A stretch of 64,000 nucleotides of DNA, taken from positions 2,604,001 through 2,668,000 of the forward strand of contig OZ316776.1 in NCBI GenBank assembly GCA_973851085.1, written 5' to 3'. The stretch comes from Ptychomitrium polyphyllum (taxonomy: Eukaryota). Within the stretch, counting starts at the first letter, position 1. The number at the start of each line of letters is the position of its first letter. This document shows positions 12,788 through 23,639 of the stretch, piece after piece. The notes beneath the pieces are model-generated. The model worked only from the letters and a program-made list of their open reading frames with translations, did no database searches and had not been told where the DNA came from. The position numbers were made by a program, and so were the translations under genes.

Positions 12788-15700
12788 TTTTTTATTTCCT
12801 ATTGTTACTGCAGTTCTGGAAATGATTATGATTTCATATTAACATGGTTTTCATGGAAACCTTCTTTAAATTTGATTTGTATAAGAAAAGTGTTGGAAAT
12901 GTATTGGGTAGACCCCAAGTTTTGTTCGACATGCAATCAATCACACATCGTGCAAATGCAGTGTGGGACAGTTCATGAGCATGGGAATCTAGGCAGTGAA
13001 CCACTTCCAATAGTACACTTTGTGCTTAGATTCCAACTTCCCATGGCTGGACCATGTAGATCAAACAGGGTCTTAGTAGGCCCTGAAGCACCACATTGTA
13101 GCAAAGGCCAGTTATTCCGCAATAGAAGCAGTACAGTACTGGAAACTGTCATAATGCTTGGTCATTCAGCTCCTCTTTAGAAGAAGATTTTAATTCAGAG
13201 TTCAGACTCAAGCGTACTGCTGGGAAGTTTTTTGAGTCCCAAACTGAACCTTACAAATAAGGGCTTGCCACCTAGGCTTCACAATAGCCTACAGTTTCCA
13301 CGTTTGAATCAAATAGATTTTGAATGCTTGTGAAAAGTATCTCTAACCTCTCTCTCGCTCCCATTAGTATTCATTTTTTAGGTGTAGATGCCAACAGCTA
13401 CGCATCTTGAGAATGAACTGAAGGCGCTTCTAGATCTAAGTCTTTCAAAATCTTCAGTTCTCAGGCAAAGTTAGGTGGAGTGTCATGTGAGGAAAATGTG
13501 GCACACACAGTTACAGGCTCACAGCAGCAAAAGTTACATGTTGATGCGTTTGGGACCTTTTGATTTTTGTAAAATTAGTTGTGAGTCTTGTGACCCATCA
13601 CATTGCACCATGTGAGGAGTGCTGTGAATCTGCCGTCCACCAGCAGGGAAGCAGCCCTTCTCTACCACATGGGAAATTTTCAGCCTTCAGGAGGTGTTAC
13701 TAACTTTCTGTGGTGGAAATGTCATCTGCCAGTTGTCATTGAATAAAACTTTAGATCCAAATTTTAATAGGTCCAAGTCAAGGTCTTATATGGGATATCC
13801 ACCCACCAACTCTACATGGATGAAGGCTGTTACTCTTAAATCATACTGGCTTCCGCTTGGAGCTTTCTTTTTAGAACGATGAATCATTTGCTAGTCAGGT
13901 GCTTCACTTACTCCCTTCTATGGAATGTGGTCTGAGATAACTACCATAGTAACTTGATGCCTACATTTGACAATCCAAAGCTATGAAGGATGATGTAATA
14001 TCTTTGCAGAATGGGGAGTCCATTGCATGTCTATCTTACATTGTATGTCCAAGATCTCTAATTAAAATATATATTTGATTCTGCTTCTACCTGGTGAACC
14101 AGTTCCCTCTGATTATGTGTGATACTCATCCAACACTATATTTTGCATGTTTGTTGTAAGTTGCATTGAGCAACAGAGTTCAGCATACCCAATCAACCTT
14201 TTTATGCCAGTGTATTCATTCAACAGAATCTTCCCCAGTGTCAAGCAAGCTCATCTGTAGTAGTTGTTCCTTTTCCAATGTACTACTAAACCTCTTTTAT
14301 TCCCCTTTCAGTTGTAATTCCCTGGGGATGAAGTTGCTAGAGGAAGGTTGCCAGAATTGTCAGTGAATTGTCGTTCTTCCCTACTGTTGTGCACATGCCA
14401 CTTTGTCATCCATTGTCCAAAGTGGGAGAATACAACTTCGGGTAACTCTCACTTGGATGCTGTAACTTTTTCAGTGAACGCATATTCTCGTAGAACAATT
14501 ATGTGAACACTCATGTTGCAGTTGATATTTTTAGGGTGAGGAGTAGGGTGCACGTGAGACTGGGTGGTCACAGAAGAATCCTATAACCTGAGGCTCCAAA
14601 CAATTTGGCTCACTCAAAACATTGTTAGCAGAAAACTAGACGTTCAAGTAGAGCATGCTTGCACCTGGAAGCAGATGCCAATCACCGAACCAGAGAACTA
14701 GCAATGACATTCAAGATTCATTTCACACACATCATTCAAACTTTGTTCATGGAGGATGTGGAAAGTTGGTGCGGTTACGGAACTCTTTTAACACATTGAT
14801 AGCTTATCAAAGTGCAAGCAGACAGAGACATTTACCTCGAAGATGGGAAGTACTTGCGGAGCAGTGAAGGAATCCACATGATCTGAATTTTTGGTCAAAA
14901 AAGAGAAAGGTTGGCACTTTCTTGAGTGGATGCTTGCAGCTCGATCTGTGAACTGGTGGCGAGCCACATTTTTCTCATTCATGCTTTCGTCCTTGACTCC
15001 AAACAGAAGTTTCTGCTGCAGCATCAAAGGAGCATTCTCAGCAGGAGCACATCAGATATCCAGACTCCAGAAAATCCTCCGAAAACAATAAGTGGAAGAA
15101 GTAGTTTGGCTACTCATAAAATTGTGGGTCGATTCTAATCTTCTCAAGCAAGTTTTATATTAAAAATTGCATTTCTCACCTAAAAATCTCCAAAAAACCT
15201 TTAAAATGTGCATACATATGAATCTCAATTTTGATAAGCTTCAAACAATATCGGATAAGATAAAGATGGTTGGATCCCATTAATCCCCATTTGCACACAG
15301 TGAGAAAAATATGGCTCTAATGTGAACACAGCAATCAAAAATCTATACCTGTAGTAGATGCAACTCGGTTAACGTCCAACCATCCACCTTTCGACCACTT
15401 CAAATGCCGACAATTTTACTCGTGGAATCATTTCTCACCTTAAAATAGAAAACAAAGTCACAAAAATTCCGATATCCACCACAAGACGCGTGGATTGGCC
15501 CCTGGTTATATTACTGGGGGGTGATGCTGTTCCCGATTGGAATCAAATCGCTTTCCAAAAGCTATGAAAACAGACCTTAAATTATCTCACATAGCCTGGC
15601 GACGGCACTGGGATCTCCATTGCCAGCTTTCCTTCTCCAGTGTAATTCCAAAGACTCAGAATAGACAAACGATGACTTCGATGATGTTTACCTGAAGTGG

Positions 15701-16193
15701 GAAATTTCAAAGTTTGTGATAGATGAAAGTCGTCGAAAATGGATGCTAGACCATGTTGGCATGAGCTTTGGCTGAGGTTCAGCTAACACTGTTGGGCAGC
15801 GACTCTTCTACTTAGTTGTTGCTTTCATTCCTGCAGAAGAGTCGAGGTGCCAGCTCCTTCCGCCACAGGAATCACCTCCTCATTGCCGGATTCCCACTTG
15901 CAACACTGCCTTCGATTGCTATGAACAACACTACTGTCCTCCTGCTCATGTCCACTTTTCCAATACTCGTGCCTTTGTTCTTCAAGTTGGGAGCTTTCTC
16001 GAATCTTCCAGGTGGGGCATTGATTGTGGAGTGGTAATTTTGTTTACGTTTCTGATTTCCTCAACTCGTCTTGCAGTTGCATTTCCTGACAAAGAGCTCA
16101 ACTTTTTTGAGATTGACTGGTGTAGTAAGGAACACAGGTGTTCTAGAATTGTGTAGAATAGTAGTGAAGAGGAAGCTGTCGCATTTGCAGCTG

Positions 16194-17468
16194 GTGAGTG
16201 GATCTGCTCGAGTTTTGAGGCTTCAGTATGTGCCTGCTTAATTGCTAATTCGACTCGAAGGATCGATCGAGTGTTATAAACAGCTCTTGAATAACAAAGC
16301 TTTTGAGAATATAGTTTGTAGTAATTTTGGGATAATTGGGGTGGACCTCTGGGGAGTGATCAACTCAGTTCTGCAAAGTCGTCCCTATCATCCGTGTGTC
16401 AGAAAGCTCGAACAGAAATTTAATTGTACAAGGGTGGAGGGTGTGACCGGTGCAAGCTTCTGCATCCTTTGTGTCTCTTTCTCGCACGGTTATTTGCATG
16501 AGGTTACTCTGAAGCATTGAGTGCTTCTAGACTTTTGTACTGCAATCACAAGTGTGCATGCGAGGTTTGACAGAGTCAACAAAGGCTCATCATTTGCATA
16601 GCACTCTGTTACCTCACAAGACCCAGTCTTTCCTCTCCCGGAGCTGCAGAATTGCAACCTTTTGAGTTGGAACTATACAACGCTAGAAAGCATTGCGATT
16701 GCTAAACTCTGAGGATGGTATGGGTAGGACGTCCATGATTTATCACCAATAACGTGACCTAGCTAGACGATTGACCTTGTAGTTGCCCTGGCTATGTCAA
16801 GTTCCGCATAAAAGAATCTTAAGAGTACATATTGTCGAAGAACAGAGCATTAGTAGGAGAATTAGTAAGGGAAGACGTGGGCGTGCTTACCTTGCATGAG
16901 CAATGTGAACTCTGGGCGGGGAATCCGTTATTTCTAAATGTGAACCACGCCGTCACTGTTGCTACGAAATCAGCTCGTCGCATCTCTCTGAAATTTTAGG
17001 GATTGAATATGACGAGCTCTAGCAATTTCTGGTGGCTCAGTCGTCAGAGCAGCCCGATTCTCTCTTTTAAAGCGTTCTGAAGTTCTTAGTGATGTAGGCC
17101 CAGCCAGAACTAAAAGCACTAGATTTATAACCCTCGTTCCTTGTAGGACAAATTAACCTGCCATTATATACCAGGTTAATGATGCCAATCTGCTTCTTCG
17201 ATATTTCCTGAATTGCACAAGATTTAAAACTTTAAAAACTTCCTAAAATTAATGGCACAACTTTTCCTGAAAAATCTATAGCATAATTGGGAAGTGAAAT
17301 GCATCCGCAGCTCTTAAACCAGCTCATTATTAATAAGAACTATTTCTCGAAAAATAGATCCCACCACAACCGTAGGTTCGCACACTGCTTTACTTTCAGC
17401 TGAACGCGGAAGGCCTGGACCGCATGGCACTTGACATCTTCACTAGACCTCTGAACTGTGCATTGCAG
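16194..17468 (+). other. Probable 5'UTR intron of CFA synthase copy B
   Basis: Donor GCTG|GTGAGT at 16194 and acceptor TGTGCATTGCAG|CTGAAC at 17468. Patchy homology to the copy A leader intron. Confidence 0.5.
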
Positions 17469-20400
17469 CTGAACTTGGAGTCGAGGTGTGAGTACTTGGA
17501 GCTTCTTGACGAGCCAAAGCACCAGAGCAAAATGAAGGTGGCAGTGGTAGGGGTCGGGGTGGCCGGGCTCACAGCTGCCCGGACTCTGGCATGTGCCGGC
17601 GCTGAGGTGACCCTGTACGAGAAGGAGGATTACGTCGGAGGCCATGCTCGGACCGTCCATGATGCAGGCATCGGGCTGGACACGGGGTTCATGGTGTTCA
17701 ACCGGGTGACGTACCCGAACATGGTAGACTTGTTCGAGCGAGCGGGAGTGGAGATGGAGGAGTCGGACATGTCGTTCTCCGTGAGCTTGGACGGGGGCAG
17801 AGGGTGCGAGTGGGGCAGCAACAGCTTGGGCGGGCTGTTCGCCCAGAAGCGCAACATGGTGAACCCGTTCTTCTTTGGGATGCTCCGGGAGATCGTCCGG
17901 TTCAAGGACGACGTGGGCAGGTATGCGCTCGATGTGGGCCTCTTTGGACAGATTGTGCGATTTTATGATGGCGCAGCTGCCTGCAGACGGACCGGTGAGG
18001 GTGGAAGAGATGGGCACCTCGGCTGAAGCGGTGGTCTTGGGGGCAACGTACTGGTGGCAGGTACCTGGAGAAGTTGGAGTCCGGAGACGGGAGCATTCGG
18101 AAGGACGAGACGCTCGGGGAGTTCGTGAGCTCCCACAAGTACTCGAGCAAGTTTCGCGATTGTTACCTGGTCCCGGTGTGTGGGTCGATCTGGTCATGCT
18201 CGAGCGATGTGGTGCTGGGCTTCTCGGCGGCGTCGGTGCTGGCATTCTGTAGGAACCACCATCTACTCCAGGTACGTGTGGGTGAACCGTGGCGCGGAGC
18301 TGTATGGTGCATGCGTGACAGCGATCCGAAGTGCGAGAGTGATCGATGGGTGTTCCGGGGGGCCCGGGGTTTCTGAGGTGTTGGTGTTGGTGTTGGTGGA
18401 TGTGCAGCTGTTTGGGCGTCCACAGTGGCTGACCGTGAAGGGGCGGTCCGAAGCGTACGTGGCTAAGGTAGGGGGATGCTTTGGGGAGCATGTGGTGCCG
18501 GGGCTGCGGAGGGTTGGTTGGTTGGTGGTATGTGGTGTTGCGATCGTGAGTGGTGGGAGGCACGTGCCGGAAAACTGACACACATGGTGGCAGATGGTAG
18601 GAGACCTACAAGGTGCGGGAGCGACGGTTCGGACAAGCTGCGGAGTAACCGGGATGAGGAGCACCTCAGAAGGTGAGATGCATGTGGGGACGGCGGGCGT
18701 TTGTTGGGAATGTAGCGTGGAGCTGTGAACGCGCAGCCTAGAATGCGAGCGGCTGCGTTTGGTTGTGAGGCGTAGTCAGTCGGCTGAGAGTGGGTGTTGG
18801 GGTGCACGGGATCAGGTGTGGAGGTAGAGGACGTCCATGGGAGGGTGGAAGTGTTCGACAGATGCGTTGTAGGATCGCATGCCCCTGATGCTCTGCAGAT
18901 GCTGGGAGAAGGAGCCAGCTATGGGGAGCGGAGTATTCTGGGTGCTTTTCAGTACAGTCCCAGGTATGGGCGGGTTTGGAAGCCCCTAGGATGCGAGCAG
19001 CTGCTTTTGTGCGAAGATGGAGTGTAGTTTCGGAGTGTGTTTGTTCCGAGGTGTTGGAGTTCTGCGTGAACATGTCATCGAGATGGTGGGAATTGTGCTG
19101 TGTCATGGAATGCGTGTACGTGATTGTGTGCACCTTGGGATTGCATGACAGCACTATTTATCTGCACCGGGATGACAAATTGATGCCTCGGAATCAGGCA
19201 GCTTGGTGCGCTTGGAACTTCCTAGGGGACGCTGATGGTCGAGTGTGCGTTACTTACTGGCTCAACATTCTCCAGGTTAGCAGATTTTGTACCGTGGTGG
19301 GAGTCGTTTGGCTTATGGTCTGCTGGATCGGTACCGAGGAGCTGGAAGTTGTGTGGTATTGCTGGATGGTTGGTGTATCGTCAGGCGTTTGGAACGCGAC
19401 AGTAACTAGGACCAGAAAGGTCTGCAGTCATCGTGATTGTAGGTGAGGATTGAGAGGACTGGTGCTTTTTGTTTTCTTTCAGAATTTGGGCGATACGGGC
19501 AAACCGTACCTGGTAACCCTGAATCCGGCGGAGGAGCCCAGTGATGTCGTGGATGTGTGGAGGACCAGCCATCCTGTTCCTTCTCCAGCAGCAGCCAGAG
19601 CCGCGAAGGAGTTTGGAAGCATTCAGGGCAAGCGAGGTGTATGGTTTTGCGGGGCCTATCAAGGCTACGGCTTTCACGAAGATGGGCTTAAGGTGCTTCA
19701 TACTGTGCTGTGCATTCTCGATTCCGTCTTTCCTTGTTTCTGCATCTTCGTGACAGTTCTGGTTGTTCCTGATCTCCAAGTCCGGCGGTGACTGGTTCAG
19801 AGGTTTGGAGAGTATTTGCCCGCGAGAGCTGATGGTCTTGGCATATCTGGTGCTGGTACAGGCGGGCTTGGAGGCAGCTTTCGACTTGCTTGGCGCTGAG
19901 TTCAGTGCATTACCACTTGTGAAACAGATGGTGCCCACCTGTCTTGAATCCACAGCGCGCTTGGTGGTGACCAGTTTCTTCCGGAAGTTCATCCGGACTG
20001 GACATGTCCAGTTAATGCATCTTCCTTATTTCACACTGTTGATTTGTGTGCGGCCGATTCCATGGTACGATGGATTGATGCATGTTCTTCTTGCGTGCTT
20101 TTGGATCCATCAACACGAGACTGAGTTTTTGAGTCCTTGTGCTCCAGATTGTTGGAGGCTGGAGGAACAGTATTCAATTTCTTCGGTGAAGAGAAAGGGT
20201 CACCTCTGCGAAGCAGCCTACGAATCCTGAACCCTGCTTTTTACTGGAAGGTCAGTATGATATGTGAAGGCAGCCACGGAGAGAGTTGCACGTGTTGTGA
20301 GCCGTTTAGAGATGGGTGATGTGGAGAAAGTTGGACGAGCTTTCGGACCGTTCGCCCATGTAGAACTATGGTGTGTTGAGTTGTGGTTGGGTGGTGAGCA

Positions 20401-22693
20401 GATTGCTACAAGACAAGACCTGGGCCTTGCTGATGCTTACGTGGATGGGGACTTTACCTTCGTGAACCCCAAAGAGGGTCTGCTGAACTTCTTCCTGGTG
20501 AGATTCGTCGCTGCTCCGAACAACGTCGGGTGTCTGTTTTTCTGTTACAAAGTCAAATAGGTGGTTCATCAAGTGGCTTGGTGTGCGATAACGAAGCCTT
20601 CTTGTGTTGAAGGATCTGACATCGGTGTTGTTTGTTCTGCAGATTGTAATTGCGAATCGTGACATTGACCGCTTGTCCCTGAACCAAGTTGCAGTAAAGT
20701 ATGTCTCTGAGCCACTTACCCTTCCAGAGAATGTTTCAACACTGTGGGTCGGGAGTATTTCATTGTAAGTAGCAAGCGGTGACATGACCTGGAGAGTTAC
20801 TACAGTGAAGCGGATGATACTGAAATCGTTGTATTGGTTACACTCAGGGCTTGGTGGAGTCCAGTGCTTCTGACAGCTGCATTGGGCTCAGCAACGTCCT
20901 ACTTACGACATGTCATGCGCAGCAACTCTCTTACCAACACACGCCGCAACATCTCCCAACACTATGACTTAGTACTATTTCTCTGTCCTTTGTGATGAAC
21001 AGTTTCTGAGTTGTTACAGCGGTAGCAGCGCTTTTGTCGCAGCAAGGCATGCCCCTTTCCTGAAGATATTTCCGCTGTGCACTGCATCTGAGTGTGTGTG
21101 ATGAACTGTGGTATGGGATCAACACTAGGACTGGTGTACGCGCTTGTAGGTGAACGTTTTTGAGAGTGCAAACGACTAACGGACCGTCGCGGTTGTGGTG
21201 ATTGAAAACAGAGCAACGACATGTTCTCTTTGTTCCTTGACGAGACCATGACATACTCCTGTGCTATTTTTAAGGTATGTTCGATCCCCAGCACGCCTCA
21301 AGGTTTTAACCTCAACGTATGGAAGAGCGTGTACGGTTTACGGTGTTCCGAAGGTTGAGTGGAGATTAGTATTTGACTTGGTTTTGCAGGGACCAGAAGA
21401 GCCCTTGATCGACGCTCAACTGCGGAAAATCAACCACCTCATTGACAAGGTATGATTTCCTTGTTCCCTTCTGCCCGTCGGAGTCCGAACTCTGATGCGT
21501 GAGTTCTAAGTCCTACATGTCGATGTGACGTGTCAACATCTGGCGGTGGCAGATAGCTCTAGTAGAAGCTCGGAGCTTTCGGGAACCTACTGGAGTAGTG
21601 ATGATCTCTGTGTAACGGACTGTTGGACGTGTATGAAGGCTCGGGTGGAGAGCACACACGAGGTGCTGGAGATTGGCAGTGGGTGGGGAGCTCTGGCCAT
21701 CCAGCTGGTGCGGCGAACCGGATGCCGCTACACTGGCATCACCTTGTCTCAGGAGCAGCTTGAGTACGCCCAGAATGTTGTGAAGGAGGCCCGTCTGGAG
21801 GACAAGATAACGTTCCAGTTGGTGGATTACCGCAATGTACAGAGCTACCACAAGTTCAACCGCATCATATCTTGGTAGGCTCTGGAGATACTGGGTTACC
21901 ACCTAGAACAATGTGAGTACTGCAGGATGTGAGACAGTAGCCATGTTGGGGAGACAGCCGAATGACATGGTCTGTGGTATGTGCAGTGAGATGCTGGAGG
22001 CAGTGGGACATGAGTACTATGCAGAGTGGTTCAGACGATGTGATGATCTTCTTGCCAAGGATGGCCTTGTCGTCGTCCAGGTACGTACAGTACCCAGTTT
22101 CTTTCGAGATTGGGTTCCACGTCAGGGTGTTGTGTGCGTTTGGTGCTGAGTGTGGTCGAACATGGTTGGCGGCAGGTGATTTCCATACCAGAGGAGCGGT
22201 ATGATGCTTACCGGCAAAGTTCGGACTTCATCAAAGAGTACATTTTTCCGGGCGGTTGCTTGCCATCGTTTGCAGCTCTTACCGCAGCCATGGGGTCCGG
22301 GTCCTCCTTCTGGTAAGGTGTAGCCTTCCACTGTCTGTTGGATGAGGTCGTTTTTGAGTCAGAAAACCATGTCGAGAGCTGGCAATTATCCGACGTGAAA
22401 TCGACTATGTTTTGTGACGAATTTAGTGTGGAGCACATGGAGAATATTGGCATTCACTACTGCGAAACTCTCCTGAGATGGCAAGATCGATTTCAGACGA
22501 GTCACAAGTAAGCGCTGGTTGTCGTGTAAATGTGTGTTTTGTGTGTTGGAGTTAATTTGGATGATGTAGTTGGAAGTTGGACTTATCAAGATGGAGCTTT
22601 GTTATGTGCAGCAAAATCATGAAGCTTGGTTTTGGCGAGAAATTCATCCGGACATGGGATTACTACTTCTTTTACTGCGCCGCTGGTTTCAAA
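17465..22693 (+). repeat. Right arm of 5.2-kb near-perfect inverted repeat (partner 2531-7755)
   Basis: Reverse complement of 2531-7755. The only difference seen is an extra GCAG at 17983-17986 in intron 1. Confidence 0.97.
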
Positions 22694-22921
22694 AGTTGTA
22701 CACTTGGAGTCGTACAGGTAAGGTTGAGTTTTCGTCAGCTTCTACAGTGAGTCTTAGAATGGCCATGGTGCATGCAGTGATTTGCAACTTGTGAATCTTT
22801 GTTAGAGGTTTCTGATTTGGGATTTGCAACTGCTTTTGTTCGTTGGTTGCAGATTGTATTCTCAAGGCCTGGTAATGAGTCTGTGATGGGTTGCCCGTAC
22901 TTGTCCTTCCCAACTGCGTAA
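17532..22921 (+). CDS. Plant-type cyclopropane fatty acid synthase-like protein (FAD oxidoreductase + SAM methyltransferase), copy B, 20 coding exons, 864 aa
   Basis: Exons read from GT-AG boundaries: 17532-17920, 18061-18271, 18408-18467, 18594-18672, 18816-18963, 19152-19275, 19483-19692, 19862-20010, 20148-20250, 20402-20497, 20643-20698, 20848-20971, 21212-21274, 21390-21449, 21639-21874, 21987-22080, 22176-22312, 22427-22507, 22612-22717, 22853-22921. Total 2595 nt = 864 aa + TAA. Same motifs as copy A; C-terminus IVFSRPGNESVMGCPYLSFPTA*. Confidence 0.93.
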
Positions 22922-23639
22922 TGGTCAAGAGGTTTTGTTTTTTGTCTGTACAAATGAAACATAATGATTCCGCAATTCGTACGCATTACTCGTTTGAACT
23001 TTTAGTTGTTTGTAAACGTACCGATGTAAAATAGGAACATTGATTTAGTTTCGAGGAGATAGTTTCACTTTATACCTGCTCCATGTCGAGTTCCGTCTGC
23101 TATAGGCCCTTTTGTATAAATATTTCAGACCATAAACATGATTTTGAGTTCTCTGACCTTCAAGCAAAGAGTTTAGTGATCAAGTACTTTCTAACCTGAT
23201 TTCCCATTGTATTGTACTGGATTAAGGTTTGACGAGAAATTATGATCCCACCTGGTATGACATTTTCGGCTACCAGCAAAAATCAAAGATGATAAGAAAA
23301 TTCAATCAAATTTGCTAATGCGAATTGGTGAATGCAAGCTCTCACTTTCGAATGAGTAATAAATACATAGAAGGGTCGCTTATAGAGGAATCCGAAGTGA
23401 GGAACTATTTCCAGTACCATGTTTAACAAACATGGAGTCCGTAAATGTGATAGCTGCACAGCCGTGACGTGGTCCTAATCGAAATTGAGCACACTAACTA
23501 ATGTCATGTACCTTTTAAAGCCCAGTGATTACCATCTGGAAAGCTTGAGTTCATTGTAACTATGGTTTAATTGTCCGTCTCTTGCCTCAATTACGAATAA
23601 AGTATGTAGCTAAAAAGGACCAAAATCTGTCGCCTGTTA

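Noticed and set aside
12840..15500. Possible gene or lncRNA in the spacer (moderate-GC DNA, short ORFs, scattered splice-like sites)
   Set aside because: No recognisable protein motif or consistent exon chain could be built by eye; needs RNA-seq or tblastx.
17424..17531. 36-aa N-terminal extension of copy B from ATG 17424
   Set aside because: This ATG lies upstream of the predicted acceptor at 17468 (intronic) and is not conserved in copy A. Family members begin at the MKVAVVG-like motif.
17340..18581. 413-aa antisense ORF (and other long ORFs overlapping the CFA genes)
   Set aside because: Shadow ORFs of GC-rich exons and introns with His/Pro-rich low-complexity translation. The equivalent in copy A is broken by the 4-bp indel.
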